DNA of 21,122 nt, taken from NCBI GenBank assembly GCA_031414595.1, contig JANNVX010000034.1, positions 1-21,122 on the forward strand, given 5' to 3'. The notes below the pieces were generated by a model. It made no database searches and had not been told where the DNA came from. It saw only the letters and a program-made list of their open reading frames with translations. The stretch is from Deinococcales bacterium (GTDB taxonomy: Bacteria; Deinococcota; Deinococci; Deinococcales; JAAFIG01). Positions 1 through 8,700 of the stretch are shown here, one piece after another (positions within the stretch are counted from its first letter, which is position 1; each line of letters opens with the position of its first letter). The position numbers and the translations under genes were made by a program.

Positions 1-138
1 TATCTTTGCTGATTTGGATGCTTTGGAAGATATTTTGTGTGACCGTTGTGCTTTTCTGATGCAGAATCCTGAACTGGTTCGTGGTCGGGCTGGTTTTAGC
101 TGGCTCGATGATTAAATACTATCTAAGTAAATTTGGTA
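1..138 (+). mobile_element. 3' end of an IS630-family insertion sequence: transposase C-terminus (2..115) and right end up to a probable TA target dinucleotide at 137-138
   Basis: Frame +2 reads IFADLDALEDILCDRCAFLMQNPELVRGRAGFSWLDD*, resembling IS630 transposase C-termini (F..LD.LE..L..RC..L...P..VR....F.W). It is followed by a short AT-rich end ...AAATTTGG|TA. Not in the ORF track because it is cut by the window edge. Confidence 0.72.
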
Positions 139-416
139 TCAGAACTGCCAAGCCAGCGCAAACGCCCCGTTTCGGCTTGTATTCCAGCCCCTAAACCAAG
201 TTGTTTGGTGCGGTACAGCAGTTGCCGTAAACGCTGTTGAACCCCAAGTGGGTCAATATCTTCTGACCAAAGTAAATCCATAAGTTCTTCGCGCCTGAGC
301 CAATCTCCCTTGGCAGCCAGAACCGTCAGCAACCACGAAATTCGCTCCAAGGGTAATTTAATCATTCCCTCGGGAGTTTGAAGCTCGGGAATTCCGAGCA
401 AACGCAAACGCAACAT
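123..416 (-). pseudogene. AfsR/SARP-type transcriptional regulator, N-terminal winged-helix part only, truncated by the IS630
   Basis: MLRLRLLGIPEL...LLTVLA....WLRREELMDLLW...LRQLLYR is a typical SARP N-terminus. The ORF stops right after 'WLGSSD', where the BTAD domain would begin, and its stop codon lies within the IS end. Start at 416 inferred from TACAAT-N7-ATG. Confidence 0.72.
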
Positions 417-466
417 CGTCATAATTGTAACGCATCAAAGCAGGTGTTTTTGGCAAGCGAACACAC

Positions 467-1099
467 TTATGGTTTAGCCCGTTTAATCGTCCCAATACGG
501 GCATCGGACAATAGCGTGTTCTTAAAAATCTCCCAAGTCCCCTGTTTAGCTGCTTTGCTTTCTGGCAGCACATCAAAACGAAAATAAGCGATGTCGCCAG
601 TTTCTAGCTGAATCGTTGGTGTACCAAAAACCCCAAGCCGACCAGCCGCTTCAAGGTCAAGTGCCAATTCTGCCTTGCGTGAAGGTTCGTCGGCTCGAGC
701 CGTCTGATAAGCAGGTACATCAAGCCCCGCCATTTGAGCCGCCTCGAGTATTGTGGCGGCATTTAATTCTCTTTTATCTTTGTGTCGGGCGCGAAAGAGT
801 TCAAGCGCAAAGCGCAAATGAGCCTCACTGCCTTGCTGCATGGCGGCATGAGAAGCAAAAAATGCCTCGAGACTGCCATTGACATCCAAGTATGGTGGTA
901 AGTTCTGATTGGCTTGACTGCCAATGGTTTGTTCCACCAATAACCACTTTGGAGCGCTGCGAGGCAAAGCAGCGTTATCTGGATGATTCCCCTGAACTAA
1001 GCTGTAATGCCTTGCAGCAAAGGGAATCTCGAGGGCAGCCAGAAGTTCCACGCCGCGCCAAGCATATGGGCAGAGATAATCAAAGTAAACGGTAATCAC
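467..1099 (-). CDS. DsbA/FrnE-like thioredoxin-fold oxidoreductase (DSBA family)
   Basis: YFDYLCPYAW N-terminal motif and GVFGTPT cis-Pro motif. GTG start preceded by TATCCT-N6. Confidence 0.85.
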   Translation of the reverse strand: MITVYFDYLCPYAWRGVELLAALEIPFAARHYSLVQGNHPDNAALPRSAPKWLLVEQTIGSQANQNLPPYLDVNGSLEAFFASHAAMQQGSEAHLRFALELFRARHKDKRELNAATILEAAQMAGLDVPAYQTARADEPSRKAELALDLEAAGRLGVFGTPTIQLETGDIAYFRFDVLPESKAAKQGTWEIFKNTLLSDARIGTIKRAKP

Positions 1100-1159
1100 G
1101 TTCTTAGGATACTCGAGTACAAAAGTAAATTTGGTACTCCTGAATGCTTAAGGAAAACT

Positions 1160-1186
1160 AAATCCTGCCCAAGAAAGGCAGGATTT
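1160..1186 (-). terminator. Intrinsic terminator hairpin downstream of the lipoprotein gene
   Basis: AAATCCTGCC-caagaaa-GGCAGGATTT is a perfect 10-bp stem, with T-rich sequence following on the minus strand. Confidence 0.75.
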
Positions 1187-1207
1187 GTTGTCTGGAGGTG
1201 TCCTTAT

Positions 1208-1753
1208 TTATGGGCATGGACTATAAACAGGAATCTCACGCACTAAAAAGTTACTCGAGGCAGATGAACCGAGTCTGTCGGTGATGGTTAAGCGCAAGTC
1301 GGCACTACCAATTTTGACAGTGTTGACTGGAATTGGCTTGACCACAAGGGCTTGAGTGTTGAGTTTAGGGGCAATGTAAGGTGAGGTATTTGATGCAAAA
1401 CCAAAAGTAACGGTAATTCGATTGCCAACAGGAACAGCAGGATTTGCAACAGTAGGGTCTGGGGAAGCAATGACATTAAAAACAGGCGAGGTGTAATCTG
1501 AGGCGGTGGTGGTTGAACCAAAGATTTTTACACGAAATGAAGCAAAATCCGAGGTTTTACCCGTAAAAGTAAACGAAAGCGTGACCTCTGTATCGTTCTT
1601 GTTTCGACAAATCACTTGCTCGGTTTTATTATTGTCGGTGCGAGTATAATTTGAAAGAAAATCAATATCGCTGCTCAGCACACCGATTAACCCCGTATCC
1701 AAACACCCAGAAAGAAGTGCTGCCAGCCCTAAGCCTATAAGAATCTTTTTCAC
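1208..1753 (-). CDS. Hypothetical beta-rich lipoprotein
   Basis: MKK + hydrophobic core + lipobox LSGC. Thr/Ser/Val-rich mature part. GTG start preceded by TACGAT-N6. Confidence 0.8.
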   Translation of the reverse strand: MKKILIGLGLAALLSGCLDTGLIGVLSSDIDFLSNYTRTDNNKTEQVICRNKNDTEVTLSFTFTGKTSDFASFRVKIFGSTTTASDYTSPVFNVIASPDPTVANPAVPVGNRITVTFGFASNTSPYIAPKLNTQALVVKPIPVNTVKIGSADLRLTITDRLGSSASSNFLVREIPVYSPCP

Positions 1754-1830
1754 GCCTCTATCGTACTCGAGATTTGTCTTTTGGCATGAGACCCGATTTA
1801 AGTTCTCTTTATTTGAACTTAAGCTAAACT

Positions 1831-2130
1831 TCAGTTTTCCAGTTCAAGAACTTCAAAAGTTTCGTCCCTTACAGTATATTCGCCATTTGCCACAATAAAA
1901 CTCGAGACATCTTGCAAAACACCATCTAACCAAGTGGCATCGTGCGAGATACTGACCACGCCAATAGTTTCCCAATCATGGCTGTCTAAACCATCTAATC
2001 GGGCAACCGAAACGGGAAATCTGGCTTTGAGACGTTCGGTGACTGGGCGAATCAGGGCGCGTTTTTCTTTGAGATTACTGACCCAAGGCATCTCGAGCCG
2101 AGCGGTGTAGACTCCGATGTAACCCAGCAT
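1831..2130 (-). CDS. DUF503 (YlxP-like) protein
   Basis: 'NLKEKRALIRPV..RLKARFPVSVA' and 'D.HD...IGV' motifs, 99 aa. Translationally coupled to the upstream HMA-like gene. Confidence 0.88.
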   Translation of the reverse strand: MLGYIGVYTARLEMPWVSNLKEKRALIRPVTERLKARFPVSVARLDGLDSHDWETIGVVSISHDATWLDGVLQDVSSFIVANGEYTVRDETFEVLELEN

Positions 2131-2339
2131 TAGAGCATTCCAGCCAAGTATCCAACGCCGCGTACTGCCCTGAGTAAGTCCATGACAGTGGCTTGGGTTG
2201 GGTCAAAGCTGACTTCGATTTGTCCGGGGTGCGGGTTGTTGACTTCGCTAACAGCAGCGATTGCTTTGAGGGCTGCCATGACTTTTTCGGCTGCTTCTTC
2301 TGTAACCAGTCCTCTGACCCCAAGTAAAACGCGATTCAT
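2130..2339 (-). CDS. Heavy-metal-associated (HMA/CopZ-like) fold protein lacking the CxxC motif
   Basis: 69 aa with HMA pattern (V.GL......V..AL...V.FDP......L..AV...GY). GLVTEEAA replaces GMxCxxC. TACAAT-N7-ATG. Confidence 0.75.
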   Translation of the reverse strand: MNRVLLGVRGLVTEEAAEKVMAALKAIAAVSEVNNPHPGQIEVSFDPTQATVMDLLRAVRGVGYLAGML

Positions 2340-2433
2340 GGGCTGTATTGTACATCTTTCCCAGTTTTTATGAGGGTTTTGGCTCGAGTCATCGGGACTT
2401 TTAGGCTTGTGCTACTTTCCACAAAAGATTATC

Positions 2434-2459
2434 TTACTAGCTGAACGTTCATTCAGTAA
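2434..2459. promoter_or_regulatory. Probable TetR operator
   Basis: TTACTagCTGAACGTTCATTCAGTAA contains the perfect palindrome TGAACGTTCA (2442-2451) and CTGAA/TTCAG arms, directly upstream of the TetR start. Confidence 0.55.
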
Positions 2460-2471
2460 AAGAGGTGATTG

Positions 2472-3101
2472 ATGTCCGAACCGATAACGCCAACTCGAGA
2501 CGCAGAACGCAGCAAGACCGCGATTCTTAACGCCGCCACCGAACTCTTTTGTGCCAAAGGCTTTAATGCCACCAGCATTGGTGATATTGCCAGTGCCGCA
2601 GGACTAGCAAGGGGTACACCAGCTTATTTTTTTGGCAGCAAAGAAGATTTATACAAAGCCGTGCTTGAAGCTGTCCTAGAAAAATCGCAGCAAATCATAC
2701 CCAACGCCCTAGAACAAGCTGGCACAAACCGCAACCCCAAGCGCCTAATCGAAGTCTTCACTGATGCCTATATGGACTTTCACCATCACAACCCAGAATT
2801 CTTGCGTTTGATGCACTGGATTGCACTCGAGCAGAACCGCTTAATGCTCGAAGTTCAAGCCCACTGGCTGAGCATTACGCAAATTATGCAATCGGTGATG
2901 ATGACTGTGACTGGCAGTACCTTTGAACACGAAGATCAACGCCAATTGGTACTGAGCATCATTGGAATTTGCAATGCCCACCTGATGTATGGACAAACCC
3001 TAGCCGAACCAATGGGACTCGAGCCGAGCAGCTTGGAATTCCTCGAGCAGAGAAAAATTCATGTTAAAAAAATCCTCAAAGCTGCTCTACAACCACATTA
3101 A
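2472..3101 (+). CDS. TetR/AcrR family transcriptional regulator
   Basis: RDAERSKTAILNAATELFCAKGFNATSIGDIASAAGLARGTPAYFFGSKEDLY HTH. SD-like AGAGG upstream of ATG 2472. Confidence 0.95.
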   Translation: MSEPITPTRDAERSKTAILNAATELFCAKGFNATSIGDIASAAGLARGTPAYFFGSKEDLYKAVLEAVLEKSQQIIPNALEQAGTNRNPKRLIEVFTDAYMDFHHHNPEFLRLMHWIALEQNRLMLEVQAHWLSITQIMQSVMMTVTGSTFEHEDQRQLVLSIIGICNAHLMYGQTLAEPMGLEPSSLEFLEQRKIHVKKILKAALQPH

Positions 3102-3112
3102 AGGAGAAAATA

Positions 3113-3661
3113 ATGGCACGAATCAATGCTCCAAAACAACAACCCTTGATTGGTTCAATCATCAATTCAATCTTAGCCAAGCGCTTTGGAAAGCCGTTCC
3201 CGACACTACAACTACTGGGACACAACCCCAGTTACCCAATTGCGTATGGACTCATGGCAAATAACTTTAGCAACAGCCGCACCCAATTACCAAGCAACAT
3301 CAAACGCCTTGCCACCCAACTGGTGGCACAACTCAATCAATGTGCTTTTTGTATTGACTTAGGGCAGAGAATCGCCAAAGACGAAAAACAGAGCTTAGAA
3401 AAAATGATGGCTGTGCTGAGTTATCAAACCAATCCAATCTTTGACCAAAGCGAAAAAGCCGCCCTGCAATACGCCTTTGAAACCACTCAAGTTGCGGCTC
3501 GAGTTTCCGAAGAAACTTTTACTGCCTTAAAACAACACTTTAACGAAACCCAGATTCTCGAGCTAACGGTTTGTCTGGCAGCAGAAAACTTTTATAATCG
3601 CCTGACTGCCCCACTGGAAATCGAAAGCCAAGGTTTTTGTGCCATAAGCAGGCGCTCATGA
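3113..3661 (+). CDS. Carboxymuconolactone decarboxylase / AhpD-like protein
   Basis: 'VAQLNQCAFCID' CxxC, 'F...EKAAL.YA', 'LKQHFNETQILELT...ENFYNR'. Strong SD AAGGAG. Confidence 0.9.
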   Translation: MARINAPKQQPLIGSIINSILAKRFGKPFPTLQLLGHNPSYPIAYGLMANNFSNSRTQLPSNIKRLATQLVAQLNQCAFCIDLGQRIAKDEKQSLEKMMAVLSYQTNPIFDQSEKAALQYAFETTQVAARVSEETFTALKQHFNETQILELTVCLAAENFYNRLTAPLEIESQGFCAISRRS

Positions 3662-4077
3662 GCCTGACTCGAGCAGCGCTGGTCTACCAAATTTTTACGC
3701 TTGGATTGGTTGGAATTTGGGCATTGTTTTTCCCAAGTGGCTTCTACAACTCTTTTCCGGGCTTTGGAATGCAATGGATTATTCGTGATGGTACATACAA
3801 CGAGCATTTGCTGCGCGACATTGGCAGCCTCAATCTTGGTATTGCCTGCGCCACGCTCTATGCCTTAGTCTCGAGAAACATTGGGGCGACCAGAGCCAGT
3901 GCAGTCGCTGCTTTGGTTTTTAGCCTGCCGCATTTGTACTACCACTGGCATCATCTGCAAGACTTACCGAACTTACTCGAGCGTGTCTTAAACATCACAT
4001 TGCTAAGCGGAAATGTACTTATTCCAATTCTTTTATTACAACAAACAAGGGGCAAGCATGAACAACATCTTTCTTAA
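3658..4077 (+). CDS. Hypothetical four-TM membrane protein
   Basis: ATGA overlap with the AhpD stop. Hydrophobic segments. 'P..FY.SFPG.G..W....G.YNEHL.RD.G' and His-rich 'PHLYYHWHH' motifs. Confidence 0.75.
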   Translation: MSLTRAALVYQIFTLGLVGIWALFFPSGFYNSFPGFGMQWIIRDGTYNEHLLRDIGSLNLGIACATLYALVSRNIGATRASAVAALVFSLPHLYYHWHHLQDLPNLLERVLNITLLSGNVLIPILLLQQTRGKHEQHLS

Positions 4078-4978
4078 AATCGCCGCGTTTTTGTACTTTT
4101 GTATCGCTGCGCTGCACATCTACATTATTTTGGCTGGCGCACCCGCTTATCGGTACTTTGGGGCTGGCGAACAATTTGCTCGAGCAGCCGAGCAGGGTAT
4201 TATTATCCCTGCCATTGTCACCAGTTTTATTGTGCTGGTCTTTTTCCTTTGGGGTTTGTACGCACTTTCGGGCGCTCGAGTGATTAAGCGCTTATTTCTG
4301 ACCCGAACTGCTTTAATGGTGATGGCTGGAATTCTGGTGTTGCGTGGCGCATTGCCGTTCTTAGCAGGAATTTTTATTGCCTTAGATTCATTTGTGGTTA
4401 TTTCATCGCTGATTGCGCTTGGCATTGCTGGAATTCATTTACTTGGAATACAGCAAATCTGGGCGAATCTCGAGCCGGACAGTCTAAAAGTTCGTAATGT
4501 TCACCAGCGCCAACTCGAGAACAACCCTAAAAATGGGCAACTGATAGACCAACTCTCCTCGAGCAACGATATTCTCTGGGCGCATGAACGTTGGATGCCA
4601 ATGGAATTTCCCAAAGGATTGCATGTGGGTTCACACGGTGGACATGGCTCAATTCGGTACACCATTGAAGAGTATTTAAGAGGTCAAAGCATCACTTTTC
4701 GGTTTACTGCTCCTAAAGGCTTTGATGGTTGGCATAAACTGACCCTAGATTCTAACAACATCATGACCCACGAAATTAATTGTCAAGCCATTGGCAATGC
4801 CATCTGGCTGTGGTTATTGATACGCCCAATCCATGATGCGGTGGTAGAAGATGGCTTAGACAAAGCCGAAGCCTTTGCGGCGACTCGAGAGGTCAAACCA
4901 CGGGCGTGGAGTTTATGGGTACGGTTTCTACGCAAAATCTCACCTCGAGAACCAAGTCCACATCAGTCAGTTATCTAA
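4058..4978 (+). CDS. Membrane protein: N-terminal DUF3995-like TM domain fused to a C-terminal SRPBCC-like domain
   Basis: About 4 hydrophobic helices with 'YRYFGAGE..A..AE.G', followed by a soluble domain 'VRNVH.R...D.LW...W.PM....L.VG..GGHG.IRY.......FRF..P.GF.G.H...IRPIHDAVVED.LD.A'. ATG at 4058 with GGGG upstream. Confidence 0.65.
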   Translation: MNNIFLKIAAFLYFCIAALHIYIILAGAPAYRYFGAGEQFARAAEQGIIIPAIVTSFIVLVFFLWGLYALSGARVIKRLFLTRTALMVMAGILVLRGALPFLAGIFIALDSFVVISSLIALGIAGIHLLGIQQIWANLEPDSLKVRNVHQRQLENNPKNGQLIDQLSSSNDILWAHERWMPMEFPKGLHVGSHGGHGSIRYTIEEYLRGQSITFRFTAPKGFDGWHKLTLDSNNIMTHEINCQAIGNAIWLWLLIRPIHDAVVEDGLDKAEAFAATREVKPRAWSLWVRFLRKISPREPSPHQSVI

Positions 4979-5012
4979 TTTTTTAGACTCGAGCCTCATG
5001 GATTTAAGGGGT

Positions 5013-5605
<593 letters not shown>

Positions 5606-5608
5606 ACT

Positions 5609-5684
5609 TGGCGGGTTGTGAGGGGCTCGAACCCCCGACCTACGGTTTTGGAGACCGTCGCTCTACCGACTGAACTAACAACCC
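5609..5684 (-). tRNA. tRNA-Trp (CCA)
   Basis: Minus strand GGGTTGT TA GTTC AGTCGGTA GAGC G ACGGT CT-CCA-AA ACCGT AGGTC GGGGG TTCGAGC CCCTC ACAACCC G CCA forms a full 76-nt cloverleaf with encoded CCA. Confidence 0.97.
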
Positions 5685-5729
5685 ATCGGCGAAGGATTGT
5701 ATCAAAGAGCGCGGTGAGTTTCAATAGGC

Positions 5730-8700
5730 TTATTCGCGCACTGTTAAAGTAGCGGCACTCGAGCGTCCGCGAATTTCGGGGTCATACATCAGTTCGGCGC
5801 TGCTCGGTAAGTGGGTATATGTTCCGGCAGTCTGGGCGCGTAGCACAACCCTAAACTGATTACGGTCCTCGAGACTCTGGGCAAACATTTCCACACGGTC
5901 AGCATAAATGTCTCTGGCGGCGTACCAATTATCCCAGTCGGAAGCAGTGCCAAATGACGTTTTGGGGTTTTTGATGCCGAGCAAGTTAATGGTGTCCATT
6001 GGTACAGCTTGGAATCCGGCTGGCACAGGCTCGATAATTTGGGCATGGCGCATACTGCCGCTTTCTGGGTTAATTTCGAGATTGACCAGAATCAAATCTC
6101 CGACCTTAATCGCTTGGGCAACACCATTTTGAATCAGTGGTTTGGGGCTGTACTCCCAAGCCTGGGCTGCTTCGCTCCAAGTTTTCTCAAGGCGTTCATA
6201 GGTGCGCTTGACTTGAATGCCATTATTTTCGTTGTCCAAACGTGAGGGTTCGCGGGTGTACTCGAGACGAACGCCATAGGTCAGGTCGCCGACTATTTCT
6301 AAGGTGTTTTCGCCGTTACTCAAGGCTGGCTCGAGGTCAAGGCTTATTCCTGCGGCAGTGACGGTTGGTTCAGCAATGGTTTTGCCGTTTAAGCGCACCT
6401 TAACTTGTTGGCTCGAGGTGCTGGGTTTGGGCAAGGTTAAGGCAGCACTGATAATCGCGCTGGTGTCGGCGGTACTGACCCACCAATCGCCGCGTCTGGC
6501 TTGCAGTAAATAGTTGATTGCTTTAGAAATCAGGGGGCTTTTAGACTCGAGTAAACTCAAGGCTTCTAAGGCAGTGGCGGTCACAAGAATCGGGTTATCA
6601 TCCCAATAATAATTCCAGCGATACGGGTTTTTGGGGCGCTGCCACTGCACTGTGCTGTCGCGCTCGATTCGGGTAGCTTTTAAGCGCTCGAGCAGATTCT
6701 TAGCTTGTTCAGGGCGGCTCAGGCTGTGGTATGCCAAGGCTAATTGCGCCAAGTGGTACGGCTCAAGGTCTGGGACGGCGGCAAAAATTTGCATCGTCTC
6801 CAAGTCTGGGGATTGGGCTTCGGCTAGAGCGCGGTGGGCTAGGGCGCGTGAACCGCGTGAAAAACTGGTGTTTTTGAGGTTATCGCGCAGCCATTTAATG
6901 CCGCCATCAAGCAAAAAAGCATAGCGTTCTCGAGGAATTTTTTGTTTTTGTAATCGGGCTAAAGAAAGCACCACACTGGCAGTCATGTCCATGGCGCTTT
7001 GGTCATGACTCCAAAATCCCCAACCTCCATCGCTATGACGCAGGGTCTCCAAGCGAGCTAGTCCAGCCTCGAGTAAATCTGGCAGGTCGTCTCGAGGGGC
7101 GATTTCGGCGGCAAGCATGGCGGGGATAAAGCGGGCTAGGGTTTGTTCGGTACAGCCATATGGATAGGCAATCAGGCGTTCCAAGGCGGGTTGTACGGCA
7201 CTGAGTAAACTTGGGGTCAGGCTGATATGAAGTTGTGCGCTCTCGAGTCGAGCATCTTCGGGAAGAATAAAGGTTTTTTGCTTGTTGCCAGTATCCCCAG
7301 CCCATGTTTGGGTGGCGCTAAAACCCCTTGGTTTAACGGCTAGAGGCAACTCGAGGGCATCCGAACCGAGTAGCGAAGTGTACGCGCCTTGGATTTTGGC
7401 TTGTCCTAAGTTGGTGGCGGTAATTTGCGTCTCAAAACTGGCTCGAGTATTGGCTGGGATTTCCAAACGCCCTTCAAGCGCACGGCTGCTGCTGAGTCCA
7501 AGTAAATTAAATGTAAAGACTCCGTTTGCATTTTGCGCTAAGTTGTTATTGACAATGCCACGCAAGGTGGTACTGTCACCACGCACCAAAAATTCGGGTT
7601 TGGCAATTCGCGCTAGAATATCTTTGGTGACGAGCGTTTGGGCTTTACTTTCCCCTGCCGCACCATTTAGGGTTTGCCCTCTTGCGGTGATTCGCCAGGT
7701 TGTCAGGTTGTCGGGGTACAGCACTGGTACCTTGGCAATTCCATTGGCATCGGTGATGACACTGCCAAGCCACAAGGCGGTGTCCCTAAAATCTTTGCGG
7801 ACTCGTCCAGTATCATTGTCGGCTCGAGTTGCACGGGTGTCACCTTCGCCATCTCCTCCACCGCCAAGTTCGCCATCCATGTCTTCACTCGAGACAGTGC
7901 CGATTAAATTGGGGCGGTCTCCATGAAAAATATCAAACGGATTGGGTGTACCATCTTCACGTAGTAAATAGATGCCTTCGTCCACCACTGCCAGACTTAA
8001 TTCGGTCTGCACAGGTTGTTTGGCGGCGTTGCTGACTTTAAGCTCGAGTTGACCAGTTTCTGACGGGGCATAACGTGTTTTACTGGGCAGAATTTCTAGG
8101 GTGAGGCGCTGGTCATCTTTAGGAACACTGACATTTGCACCTCCGCCGTATTGTGTGCCATAAGGTATTCCCAAATGCAGATAGGAAATTTGCAAATAGA
8201 CATTGGGCTGCATCGCACTTGTGACCTTAAACGAATAGACAAAGGTCGAGCGGGTAGTACGGATTAAGCGGGTCTGCAAAACACTGTCCGCCTCGAGCGA
8301 GACCCAAGCATCCACCCTAACAGGTACGCCCATAATCAATGCCGTGACCGTTTCACCGACCTGATACGAAGTTTTATTCAAACGCACTTGGGCATAATCC
8401 ACATTCCAGCCCCAGTTTTCGTTTTGTGCCAACTGCCATGCAAAGGTCTCGGCTTTGGATAAACGCCCCGCCGCATCCTTGGTTCTGGCTCGCACCACAT
8501 ACCCACCGCCAAGGCTAGGCTTAAAGACCACTCGAGCCGTGCCACTGCGGGTTTGAACGGTGCGTTTCTCGAGCGGCGTTTCTTTCAGGGTCCAAGTGGT
8601 TTGGCGCTGACCGTCCTTTAGCACAGAACCTTGGATGTACTCTTGGCGAAACAATTGCAACTCGACACTGCTGTTCGCAATTGCGCCTTGCAAATTCCTC

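Noticed and set aside
5609-5700. tRNA-Trp as an integration site for an island
   Set aside because: No integrase and no duplicated tRNA 3' end seen; coaD follows directly after the terminator.
7282-7926. 214-aa + strand ORF (and the 226-aa ORF at 9328..10008)
   Set aside because: Antisense shadows of the alpha-2-macroglobulin gene, with no recognisable motifs or start signals.
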